A stretch of DNA of 64,000 nucleotides, from IMG/VR virus record IMGVR_UViG_3300042542_006078. One strand, written 5' to 3'. Source of the DNA: a virus. Its lineage: Duplodnaviria > Caudoviricetes. Position numbers and translations under genes: made by a program. Positions 1-8,893 of the stretch are shown here, piece by piece. The notes beneath the pieces were generated by a model that saw only the letters and a list, made by a program, of their open reading frames with translations, was not told the DNA's origin and made no database searches. The stretch's first letter is position 1. Every line of letters begins with the position of its first letter.

Positions 1-2
1 AA

Positions 3-719
3 GGATGGGCCTCCTTAACGGACTCTGTAATCATGGCAGAGCAGGGATTCATAAGCCTTGGTCAAAAGTCTGATGATTGCGGCATTGTTGAATACGCTGA
101 TCATAAAATGGGTGTTCTTGGTGGGAAATACAGTATGAATCCTTACAAGTTGGGATTCTACTTATTTTCTGATATTCGTGAGCGTTGGGACAAGGGAAGA
201 TTTGGGCAAGAGTACGAAGAATGCACGGACATGCACAAGAAAGAGAATTGGGATACAGGTGCTATGCTCGGCAAGGAAAAAATCTTTGAAGTCAGGAAGT
301 ATTATGATGACCTGACTATGATCCATGAATTCTTTACAGAAGAGTTTTGCCGAAAACAGGAATATTTCCATTGGAAACATTATCCAAACGGAGAATACAG
401 GCTTGAATCCCGTGATTATCAAAAGATCAAGAAGGGTTTGATGCAGAGGCATGTTAATGGTGGACTTCCAGACATTAGACTCATGGAGCCAAATTACGGT
501 GGTCGTGGAATCATGATGCTTCAACATTTTTCTGACGGAAGGCCTCTTCACGATCCTTACATTGGTGATGTTTTAAGTTCAATCCGTTTTATTTGGAATA
601 ATGATGTTATTCTTTCAACAAACTCCGATGATGGTAAGGAAAGGGTTTATTGGCAAAGAGCCAATTACCTTGATATCACGGATAGGTCTAAATTCGACAA
701 ATCTTTGAATAATTTCTGA
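3..719 (+). CDS. SpoVR family protein, C-terminal part (5' truncated by window edge)
   Basis: Frame is open from base 3: GWASLTDSVIMA resembles the SpoVR EGWAS motif; also NPYKLGFYLFSDIRERWDKG and GGLPDIRLMEPNYGGRG...LQHFSDGRPL. Confidence 0.8.
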   Translation, partial: GWASLTDSVIMAEQGFISLGQKSDDCGIVEYADHKMGVLGGKYSMNPYKLGFYLFSDIRERWDKGRFGQEYEECTDMHKKENWDTGAMLGKEKIFEVRKYYDDLTMIHEFFTEEFCRKQEYFHWKHYPNGEYRLESRDYQKIKKGLMQRHVNGGLPDIRLMEPNYGGRGIMMLQHFSDGRPLHDPYIGDVLSSIRFIWNNDVILSTNSDDGKERVYWQRANYLDITDRSKFDKSLNNF

Positions 720-769
720 AAAAAAACTATAATATTTCATTGCCAGACACCACTTAATAAGGAGAAAAA

Positions 770-979
770 ATGGACGATACAAGTTTTCTTTTGACAGACG
801 AGTTCATAGTTTTTTCACTAAAGATCAAATCTCTTTTCGACCACAAGAAGGTCAAAAAGGCTGAACTTAAAGCCTTTTATGATAAGACACAAGCAGAAAT
901 TAAGGAAATCGATTTACAAGCAAAGTCTCTGGAAGAAGAATTTGCTAAATGGAAGGCATCACAAAAGAATGTTGAATAA
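770..979 (+). CDS. small coiled-coil hypothetical protein
   Basis: AGGAG SD before ATG 770; charged helical sequence. Confidence 0.6.
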   Translation: MDDTSFLLTDEFIVFSLKIKSLFDHKKVKKAELKAFYDKTQAEIKEIDLQAKSLEEEFAKWKASQKNVE

Positions 980-1256
980 TGAAATTAAAGAAACAAACGA
1001 AATTGCAGGAATTGAATTCTTCGCCCTTTGGTTTTCTATTTCTTTAGGCATTGCTATATTTTTATTTCCCAATACAATTATTTTTAAGTCAATTATATGG
1101 ACTGGGTGCATAATTGTTTGTTCTTTATATAGTTTTATATCACTTGTTAAGTGGCTGAATTATAAAAAGATAGATTATTCTTTGGTTGCTATGTTGTTGT
1201 GGACATTGAACTTAGTCTTGCAGAGTTTAAGTCTTTTTTTCTTTAGTCCTTTTTGA
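969..1256 (+). CDS. small membrane protein (about 3 TM helices)
   Basis: In-frame ATG 969 overlaps the upstream stop; three hydrophobic stretches. Confidence 0.55.
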   Translation: MLNNEIKETNEIAGIEFFALWFSISLGIAIFLFPNTIIFKSIIWTGCIIVCSLYSFISLVKWLNYKKIDYSLVAMLLWTLNLVLQSLSLFFFSPF

Positions 1257-1321
1257 CTTTACAATCAAAATTTTTCGGTGTAGTTTCCTTTTGTCGATGA
1301 TAGTATCGGCATGAGGAAACT

Positions 1322-4300
1322 ATGATGTCTGATAATATTATTCTGCCTTACAACTCTAAACTTGCCCCCGATGAGCGTAAGCAAAGGCTTCTGAACGACA
1401 CATTCAATTGGTTTGATATGTGTAACGAAGTTTTTTTTGACTTCGTGAAGAATCTGTATGGCGGAGTGAAGCATGAACATTTGATTCTTGTGAATTTTGC
1501 CGAGAAACCCAAGAAGGTTAGCAATAGTAAAAAGCCTAAGAAAAAAGATCAGGAAGTCAACATTCATGTTGAGCCCAATCAAGCCGAATGGGTTGACAAT
1601 GCTTGTGCCACATTCTGGTTTCGATTGCAGGCAAAATCAACAGTACAATTAGACCAATCAGTCCAGACAGCAGAAGAGCGTATTCGACGATTTCGGGATT
1701 ATGCTGGTCACGAGCCATCATCATTTGCCAAATCTTATCTAAATGGTAATTATGATCCAGAGAAGACTGAATGGGTTGATTGCAGGCTTCTTTATGTCAA
1801 TTTTTGCCGTAATCTGAATGTCAACCTTGATGCGGACATTCGCACAATGGTCGAACACAATCTTCTTCCTGTTCTCCCCGGTCAGGATTTCAAAACCAAC
1901 AATGTATTCTCCAACATTTTTGGAGTAGGCAATAAGGAAGACAAGGGTCAAAAAACGAACTGGCTTAACACGGTCGCAGAAGGCCTTCAGTCCAAGGAAA
2001 TTTGGAATTGGGATGAGTATCGTGATTTGATATCAAGATCTACTGGATGCTCTACGGCAGCAGAACTGAGGTCTGAGTCGATTGGCAGGCCAAGCATGCT
2101 TGCAGTTGATTTTGCATCTGAGAAATCAGGCCAAATATCACAGGAATGGCTTGCAGAAAGGGTTAAGTCTTTTAGGGCAGCAGCTTCTCAAAAAAGCAAA
2201 ATCTATGACATGCCTAATCGTCTTGTTTTGAAGGAATACATTGCTTCAAAAATCGGGCCTTTCAAACTTGAAAGGTGGTCTGCTGCTGCCGTTTCTGCTT
2301 ATAAGGATGTCCGCAGCAAGAATAGTATCAATTTGCTTTATTCCAAGGAAAGATTGTGGCGATGCAAGGAAATTGCTCAGATTTTGGTTGATAATCCGCA
2401 GGTTGCTGAAGCCCAACAGATTCTTGTTAATTATTCTTCTGGTGATACCAATTCATTCACAGTTGAAAATCGTCACATGGGCGATTTGACTGTTCTTTTC
2501 AAGATTTGGGAAAAGATGGATATGGATTCTGGCATAGAACAGTATTCCGAAATTTATCGTGATGAATATAGTCGTGATCCAATTACAGAGTTGCTACGCT
2601 ATCTCTACAATCATAGGCATATTTCGGCAAAAACTTTTAGGGCTGCTGCAAGGTTGAATTCTCTTTCGCTGAAGAATGATCGTAAGAAAATTCACCCGAC
2701 TATCAGTGGTAGGACTAGCGTTTCTTTCGGCCATTCAACAATCAAGGGATGCATTACTCCTCCCGATCATATTGTCAAAAATCGAAAAGAGAATGCTGGA
2801 AGCACTGGCATGATCTGGGTTACAATGCAGCTTATCGATAATGGTCGATGGGCGGATCATCATATTCCTTTCCACAATTCTCGCTACTATCGTGATTTTT
2901 ATGCTTATCGTGCCGATCTACCGACTATTTCTGATCCTCGTCGTAAATCTTTTGGACATAGGATCGGCAATAATATTAGCGATACAAGGATGATTAATCA
3001 TGATTGCAAAAAAGCATCAAAAATGTATCTTCGCACAATCCAGAATATGACGCACAATGTGGCATTCGACCAGCAGACTCAGTTCGCTGTTCGTCGTTAT
3101 GCTGATAATAATTTCACGATTACGATCCAAGCTAGGGTTGTAGGGAGGAAATATAAAAAGGAAATATCAGTTGGTGATCGTGTGATGGGTGTTGACCAGA
3201 ATCAGACCACAAGTAACACATATTCTGTTTGGGAAGTAGTTGCTGAAGGGACTGAAAATTCTTACCCATATAAGGGCAATAATTATCGTCTCGTTGAGGA
3301 TGGATTTATTCGCAGCGAATGCAGTGGTCGAGATCAGCTTTCCTATGATGGTCTTGATTTTCAGGACTTTGCTCAATGGCGCAGGGAAAGATACGCATTT
3401 TTATCTTCTGTTGGATGTATTCTCAATGACGAAATCGAGCCTCAAATCCCTGTTAGTGCCGAAAAGGCAAAAAAGAAGAAGAATTTTTCTAAGTGGCGTG
3501 GTTGTTCTCTTTATAGTTGGAACCTCTGTTATGCATATTATCTTAAGGATTTGATGCATGAGAACTTGGCAAATAATCCTGCTGGATTCCGACAGGAAAT
3601 TCTGAATTTTATTCAGGGTTCTAGGGGCGTGAGGCTTTGTTCCCTTAATCACACTAGCTTCCGACTTCTCTCTAAAGCCAAGTCTCTAATTCATTCATTT
3701 TTTGGTCTAAACAATATCAAAGATCCTGAATCTCAAAGGGATTTTGATCCAGAAATTTATGACATAATGGTCAATCTGACACAAAGGAAGACCAACAAGA
3801 GGAAGGAAAAAGCTAATCGCATCACTTCTTCAATTTTGCAAATTGCCAATAGGCTGAATGTCAGTCGTATTGTGATTGAGAACGATTTGCCGAATGCAAG
3901 TTCCAAAAACAAGGCATCAGCCAATCAAAGGGCAACTGATTGGTGTGCTAGAAATGTATCTGAGAAATTAGAATATGCCTGCAAGATGCTTGGTATCAGC
4001 TTATGGCAGATTGATCCAAGGGACACATCGCACCTTGATCCATTTGTTGTGGGCAAGGAGGCTAGATTTATGAAAATAAAGGTTTCTGATATTAACGAAT
4101 ACACTATCAGTAATTTCAAAAAGTGGCATGCAAACATTGCTACAACAAGTACTACAGCACCTCTTTATCATGATGCTTTGAAGGCATTTTCTTCTCATTA
4201 TGGAATTGATTGGGACAATTTGCCAGAAATGAAGTTTTGGGAATTGAAGAATGCCTTGAAAGACCATAAAGAGGTGTTTATCCCAAATCGTGGTGGTCGC

Positions 4301-4423
4301 TGCTATTTATCGACATTGCCGGTGACTTCTACATCTGAAAAGATTGTTTTCAATGGAAGAGAGAGATGGTTGAACGCAAGTGATATTGTGGCAGGAGTTA
4401 ACATTGTGCTAAGATCAGTATGA
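1322..4423 (+). CDS. cas12i: Type V-I CRISPR effector, Cas12i family (1033 aa)
   Basis: RuvC-I VMGVD625QNQTTSN, RuvC-II IVIE853NDL and RuvC-III NASD1021IVAGVNI are all intact. Cas12i-type motifs WADHHIPFHN (H513/H514), DWCARNV and IPNRGGRCYL. Directly upstream of an array whose repeat ends in the Cas12i-type AGAAATCCGTC-N7-GACGG hairpin. Confidence 0.93.
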   Translation: MMSDNIILPYNSKLAPDERKQRLLNDTFNWFDMCNEVFFDFVKNLYGGVKHEHLILVNFAEKPKKVSNSKKPKKKDQEVNIHVEPNQAEWVDNACATFWFRLQAKSTVQLDQSVQTAEERIRRFRDYAGHEPSSFAKSYLNGNYDPEKTEWVDCRLLYVNFCRNLNVNLDADIRTMVEHNLLPVLPGQDFKTNNVFSNIFGVGNKEDKGQKTNWLNTVAEGLQSKEIWNWDEYRDLISRSTGCSTAAELRSESIGRPSMLAVDFASEKSGQISQEWLAERVKSFRAAASQKSKIYDMPNRLVLKEYIASKIGPFKLERWSAAAVSAYKDVRSKNSINLLYSKERLWRCKEIAQILVDNPQVAEAQQILVNYSSGDTNSFTVENRHMGDLTVLFKIWEKMDMDSGIEQYSEIYRDEYSRDPITELLRYLYNHRHISAKTFRAAARLNSLSLKNDRKKIHPTISGRTSVSFGHSTIKGCITPPDHIVKNRKENAGSTGMIWVTMQLIDNGRWADHHIPFHNSRYYRDFYAYRADLPTISDPRRKSFGHRIGNNISDTRMINHDCKKASKMYLRTIQNMTHNVAFDQQTQFAVRRYADNNFTITIQARVVGRKYKKEISVGDRVMGVDQNQTTSNTYSVWEVVAEGTENSYPYKGNNYRLVEDGFIRSECSGRDQLSYDGLDFQDFAQWRRERYAFLSSVGCILNDEIEPQIPVSAEKAKKKKNFSKWRGCSLYSWNLCYAYYLKDLMHENLANNPAGFRQEILNFIQGSRGVRLCSLNHTSFRLLSKAKSLIHSFFGLNNIKDPESQRDFDPEIYDIMVNLTQRKTNKRKEKANRITSSILQIANRLNVSRIVIENDLPNASSKNKASANQRATDWCARNVSEKLEYACKMLGISLWQIDPRDTSHLDPFVVGKEARFMKIKVSDINEYTISNFKKWHANIATTSTTAPLYHDALKAFSSHYGIDWDNLPEMKFWELKNALKDHKEVFIPNRGGRCYLSTLPVTSTSEKIVFNGRERWLNASDIVAGVNIVLRSV

Positions 4424-4601
4424 TGCGAGTGATTGGGTGCCGTAGCAAATTCAGCACCCTCTCGCAATTCGTAAATCTTTAACTTGATTCGTTTTAAGCG
4501 AATCTGCTCTTTGACAAGTAGGTGATTATGGGGATTTGCGGGTGACCCTCTCGCAAAGAATGGCGTAATCTTTTATGCAGTATGGCTTTGTGAGGTGAGC
4601 C
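4424..4601 (+). promoter_or_regulatory. CRISPR leader
   Basis: 178-nt noncoding gap between cas12i and repeat 1. Contains the 12-mer ACCCTCTCGCAA twice (4456-4467, 4545-4556), a GATTCG/CGAATC inverted repeat (4486-4504) and TTGACA at 4511. The degenerate repeats are at the far end of the array. Confidence 0.7.
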
Positions 4602-5293
4602 CTCTCAATGCCTTAGAAATCCGTCCAAAGTTGACGGGGCAGAATTGCTGTGAGTATCCAAAATGGATTTGAGGCTCGCAATGCCTTAGAAATCCGTCCT
4701 TGGTTGACGGTGTCCTTCAGAGCGAGCAAAGTTTCCCAAGAAATACTCTCAATGCCTTAGAAATCCGTCCAAAGTTGACGGCGTGATTCCCTTGTGCAGA
4801 TTGGGCGGCACGGGCACTCTCAATGCCTTAGAAATCCGTCCAAAGTTGACGGCTGATCTCCATTTCTGATTGACGGGCATCAGCGGCACTCGCAATGCCT
4901 TAGAAATCCGTCCAAAGTTGACGGGACAGCGGACCTAAAGCGATGGCGAAAAACTTACAAACTCGCAATGCCTTAGAAATCCGTCCAAAGTTGACGGTCG
5001 TAATAGAGGGGGACTGTTGCCCCGTCCTCAATTGCTCGCAATGCCTTAGAAATCCGTCCTTGGCTGACGGGAAACTGGTTGATATGCTATCGATTCGAGT
5101 GTATTTCTCGCAATGCCTTAGAAATCCGTCCAAAGTTGACGGGTTAGGTGTCATCCCGATCCATCCTACAGGTTGGAGACCTCTCAATGCCTAAGAAATC
5201 CGTCCATAGTTGACGGACGGTACTCTGATAAGGACTGCCAGAACCCAACCGATAGTACTCTCAATGCCTAAGAAATCCGTTCAAAGTTGACGG
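4602..5293 (+). CRISPR. CRISPR array: 10 x 36-nt repeats, 9 spacers of 35-41 nt
   Basis: Consensus CTC(T/G)CAATGCCTTAGAAATCCGTCCAAAGTTGACGG. Repeats start at 4602, 4675, 4746, 4817, 4889, 4962, 5035, 5107, 5181, 5258. The 3' stem is CCGTC/GACGG with a 7-nt loop. Confidence 0.98.
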
Positions 5294-5333
5294 ATAGACG
5301 GAAGAAATGTGGCAAAATTATTTTATTTGCAAT

Positions 5334-5388
5334 TGTAAATAATTTTTTATTACAAGTGTAAATAATTTTTTATTACAAGTGTAAATAA
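5334..5388 (+). repeat. 23-bp tandem repeat (2.4 copies), each unit containing TAAATA
   Basis: TGTAAATAATTTTTTATTACAAG at 5334-5356 and 5357-5379, partial third copy at 5380-5388. Confidence 0.9.
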
Positions 5389-5419
5389 ATCATACATCCC
5401 CTTACGCTTGGAGAAAAAA

Positions 5420-6046
5420 ATGCAGAGTTTTAGTGAATTCTTAAATAGAAAAAAAGGCAACTCTCTTGCGGAATCAATTGTTCGCAGTGGAATTGATTCA
5501 GAATTTTTTTGCGAGACTGTCACGAACGCAGCTAGAAGAGTGAATCCCAGAGATCCTCGTGCTGTTGACAGAATTGTTGAAACTGTTTACAACGAGTTCC
5601 TCGGCAGGATGCTAGGTGGTCTTGGAAATGTTCTGGGAAAGAGTGCTGCTCAATCAACATTCGGCACAAAAACCGCCGCTGCTGCTGGTAGCAAGGCCCT
5701 TCAAGCTGGTCAGTATCTTGGCGGCAAGGCCCTTCAAGCTGGTCAGTATCTTGGCGACAAGGCCGTTCAAGCTGGTCAGGCAATCAAGCAAAGCGCCCAA
5801 AATATTGGCGACAATTACATGCAAGGCGCTCAAGTTGCTCAATTGAATAAGGTCAAAGGTCAAGTTGAAAACATGAAGCAAAACTTGGTACAAATTTTAG
5901 GAAACTATGGTATGACATCAGGATTTACCGACAATATTAACAAACAACTCGACTCACTGTCTAAAAAGCTTCAGCAAATTCTTGATCAAGTTTCCCAAGA
6001 CGCAACTCTCCGTGCTGGTCCCGGTGGAGTTAAGCCTGTAAGGTAA
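5420..6046 (+). CDS. hypothetical protein with capsid-targeting-like N-terminus and internal 11-aa repeats
   Basis: GGAG SD; starts MQSFSEFLNRKK; KALQAGQYLGG repeats. Confidence 0.7.
   Translation: MQSFSEFLNRKKGNSLAESIVRSGIDSEFFCETVTNAARRVNPRDPRAVDRIVETVYNEFLGRMLGGLGNVLGKSAAQSTFGTKTAAAAGSKALQAGQYLGGKALQAGQYLGDKAVQAGQAIKQSAQNIGDNYMQGAQVAQLNKVKGQVENMKQNLVQILGNYGMTSGFTDNINKQLDSLSKKLQQILDQVSQDATLRAGPGGVKPVR
5691..5779 (+). repeat. 33-bp in-frame tandem repeat (about 2.7 copies)
   Basis: GCAAGGCCCTTCAAGCTGGTCAGTATCTTGGCG at 5691-5723 and 5724-5756, degenerate third copy. Confidence 0.9.
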
Positions 6047-6101
6047 TATTCGTTAATTTGACAGAAAAATACATATACATTTATAACAATCTATATTAAT
6101 T

Positions 6102-6137
6102 AGTAAAGCCGTCATCTAGGTGACGGCTTTACTTTTT
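6102..6137 (+). terminator. intrinsic terminator-like hairpin whose core resembles the CRISPR repeat stem
   Basis: Perfect 13-bp stem AGTAAAGCCGTCA/TGACGGCTTTACT, 6-nt loop, then a T run; follows the stop at 6046. Confidence 0.7.
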
Positions 6138-6211
6138 GGCCAATTCGATGTAATTTGCTTTTGTTCATTTTTTAAGAAACAAGTTTCCGATTAGCGGTTA
6201 GGAGCAAATTA

Positions 6212-6616
6212 ATGTTGTCAATCATCAATAGAATTGCCTTTTTTGCTGGTCAAATTAGTTCTCGTTTGGGTTTGGCTTCCTTTCCATCTGCCAATTCACA
6301 AAAATCACCGTTAGAATCTGATAGCAAGATTGATGTTAATATTCCTGATTACGGTAAGGATTCCATCTTAAATCCTGAAGCTCAAATGAATGATATTGCT
6401 TATAAAACTAAAATTCTGGTTGATGAAATCAATGAAGAAAAAAACAAGTTGATGTCACAAGTTTATTGTTCAGATTCTGATAAAATTAGAATTCAAGATT
6501 TGGATCAAAAGGAAAGGGAAGTAATGCAAGAGCGCAGGAGGATCATGGAATTGATCCGAAATGATTTTGGCATGCCTTCTAGTTGTGATTTATCTTCTGT
6601 TAATTGGAGGATTTAG
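6212..6616 (+). CDS. hypothetical protein
   Basis: AGGAG SD; 134-aa ORF, coiled-coil-like C half. Confidence 0.6.
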   Translation: MLSIINRIAFFAGQISSRLGLASFPSANSQKSPLESDSKIDVNIPDYGKDSILNPEAQMNDIAYKTKILVDEINEEKNKLMSQVYCSDSDKIRIQDLDQKEREVMQERRRIMELIRNDFGMPSSCDLSSVNWRI

Positions 6617-6628
6617 AAAAAAAGTTGT

Positions 6629-8092
6629 TTGAAAGATTTAGAAAATAGCAATAAGATGACTGGAAGGGTTATTGGCATGGACATGAAAGAAGTGTCAATG
6701 AAGATGGAGATTACCGGCTACGAACATCTTCATCTTCATTCGGATTTTTCAACCTTGGATGGATTCGGCCAAGTTGAAGAGTATTGTGTCCGTGCGCCGA
6801 AAATTAATCAAAATTTTCTTACTATTTCTGATCACGGGATGATGGGAGCGGTTCCTCGTCAAATTAAAGGATGTGAAAAGATCAATGACAAACTTGGTAA
6901 GGATACTTTGTCCCCAATTTTTGCAGTTGAGTTATATGTAAATCGCTTGCAAACTGAGATGACGGAAGAGAATGAAGGTAAGAAAATATATTCAAGCCTT
7001 ACTGAAATAGAACAAAACGAGTTCAAAAGTAGCAGCCATCTTCTTGCTATAGCTACAAATCAAGAAGGATATAAGAACCTTGTTCGCTTGTCGTCATGGG
7101 GTTGGACAAAAGGATTTTATCGTCGCCCCAGAGTCAATTATGAACAAATTAAAAAATACAAGGAAGGAATTATTTTTACTTCTTGCTGTTATGCAAGCGA
7201 GATAGGAAGAGCATTTGAAAGAGGTGGGGAAGACGAAGCGAACAATATGATTGAAAGATATATTGAAATGTTCGGTAAGGAACATTTTTATCTTGAGATT
7301 ATGCTTCTCGATTTTAAGAAGCAAAAGCCTTATGACAAATTTATTGTTAAGGCAAAAGAGCGATATGGATTGAAAATTATACTTTCAAATGATGTCCATT
7401 ATTGCAACAAAGAGGATAGTCATTATCAAAGATTGATGCTGATGATTCAGACAAATCGTACAATTGCTGAAATTGAAAAGGCATTAAAAGAAGATTCGGA
7501 TCAAGATTTTTTTGAGTTGCAGGATGCCAATCTTTGGATGAAGAGTGAAGAAGAATTAAATGCAAAGTGGTTGTCAGATTATGCGGACACTATTCCTTAT
7601 GAAATATTCTGCGAGGCAAAGAGAACTACTGTTGATATTTGCAGGAAAGCAAAAGGTGTTCAGCTTGATAGGAGCTTAAAGTTGCCTGTCATTCCTGATG
7701 GTGATGATAAGCTTAAAGAGGAAATTATGATTGGTTTCCAAAGTCGTGGATTGCCTAAAAATAGAGAATATTTAGATAGAATAAAAGAAGAATATAGTCT
7801 TATTACGAGGAAGGGATTTACAAGTTACTTTCTAATACAAAAGATGATGACAGATGAGGCTAGAAGGGTTTGTCGTGATATTTTGGGTTTTGGTGATGGT
7901 TCACAGGCTGTTGGTCCGGGTCGTGGGAGTTGTTGTGGTTCCCTTATTTGTTATTGTCTTGGAATCACAAGTGTTGATCCAGTTCGTGAAGGATTGCTTT
8001 TCAGTCGCTTTATGAGTGAAGCTCGTGGAGGCAGAAGTCTTAAATTGGAGTTCAGCAATATTGACCCCTTGCCTCCTGATGAGTTGTCTTAA
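6629..8092 (+). CDS. dnaE: DNA polymerase III alpha subunit, N-terminal fragment (PHP domain plus start of palm); true start probably 6683-6704
   Basis: HLHLHSDFSTLDG, TISDHG, SNDVHY, VGPGRGSCCGSLICYCLGIT, GLLFSRFM; stops before the PDxDxD motif. Confidence 0.9.
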   Translation: MKDLENSNKMTGRVIGMDMKEVSMKMEITGYEHLHLHSDFSTLDGFGQVEEYCVRAPKINQNFLTISDHGMMGAVPRQIKGCEKINDKLGKDTLSPIFAVELYVNRLQTEMTEENEGKKIYSSLTEIEQNEFKSSSHLLAIATNQEGYKNLVRLSSWGWTKGFYRRPRVNYEQIKKYKEGIIFTSCCYASEIGRAFERGGEDEANNMIERYIEMFGKEHFYLEIMLLDFKKQKPYDKFIVKAKERYGLKIILSNDVHYCNKEDSHYQRLMLMIQTNRTIAEIEKALKEDSDQDFFELQDANLWMKSEEELNAKWLSDYADTIPYEIFCEAKRTTVDICRKAKGVQLDRSLKLPVIPDGDDKLKEEIMIGFQSRGLPKNREYLDRIKEEYSLITRKGFTSYFLIQKMMTDEARRVCRDILGFGDGSQAVGPGRGSCCGSLICYCLGITSVDPVREGLLFSRFMSEARGGRSLKLEFSNIDPLPPDELS

Positions 8093-8886
8093 ACGCCAAT
8101 TCCAGTTATTGTAACTTCACCAGTAGATGAGTTAAAATTAACTACGAGTCTTTTCTCGCTGGCCTTTCTATTTATTGTTTTTAATTTTTCTTCAATTGAT
8201 TTTTTGTTTCCCGTAACTGTCAATTTGCCAACTTTTCCTTCAAGTGCGTCATCGATTGCAATATCGACTGCTGATTTTTGAAGATTTGGTCGAATTACGG
8301 CAGATGGAATTGGTGGAGATTCGGTTTGTTCTCCGCATTGCAGTCTTAACATTTCTGATTCATCTCTTCTGATTTTGACATTCATGTCGTCATCTATGAT
8401 GTTTTTTATTTCTGGAGCAGTTGTTATGTCTTCTTCATTTGGCAACATCCAATAATTGGGCATATTTGCCAATATGGTATTTGCTGTTAGTTTCATTTGT
8501 TTCCATAGTTCAACAAGAAGACTAAGACTTTTGCATCTGCTGATATTTCCAATTCGTTGATTCTCTTCGATTGCTTGCCATACTGCGTCATAGTTTGTAA
8601 GCTGATGTCTTATTGAGGTGGCAAAAACCCTGTTTGGTCTTCCTATTCCTCTTTTCTTTTTTTTCATTTGTTCTGCAAGTTCTTTTTTGTATTGTTCCAT
8701 TGCGTGATTGTGAATATTTTTTACAGATATATCTTGATATCTGCTTGTGTCGATGCTAAGTCTTTTGGCAATCTTGAAATCTGGTATTGGTTTTACGGAT
8801 TCTCTGGACCCAGTTCTTGCTTCATGAAGAAGCATGTTGAAATCAAGGGTTTCCCTTACTGCCAGCCATTCTATAAAGCTTTTCAT
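8089..8886 (-). CDS. hypothetical protein with capsid-targeting-like N-terminus
   Basis: Starts MKSFIEWLAVRE; TAAATA 4 nt upstream of the ATG. Confidence 0.65.
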   Translation of the reverse strand: MKSFIEWLAVRETLDFNMLLHEARTGSRESVKPIPDFKIAKRLSIDTSRYQDISVKNIHNHAMEQYKKELAEQMKKKKRGIGRPNRVFATSIRHQLTNYDAVWQAIEENQRIGNISRCKSLSLLVELWKQMKLTANTILANMPNYWMLPNEEDITTAPEIKNIIDDDMNVKIRRDESEMLRLQCGEQTESPPIPSAVIRPNLQKSAVDIAIDDALEGKVGKLTVTGNKKSIEEKLKTINRKASEKRLVVNFNSSTGEVTITGIGV

Positions 8887-8893
8887 GTCATAT

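Noticed and set aside
4860-4876. CCATT-TCTGATT-GACGG inside spacer 4
   Set aside because: Stem has an A:C mismatch and a wobble, and there is no handle; spacer length is normal, so probably chance.
4900-5194. ORFs 4900-5187 (-) and 4943-5194 (+)
   Set aside because: They lie wholly within the CRISPR array and translate the repeats; spurious.
4424-6211. tracrRNA or anti-repeat
   Set aside because: No extended complement to the repeat seen, and Cas12i is tracr-independent; the 6102 hairpin is self-contained and terminator-like.
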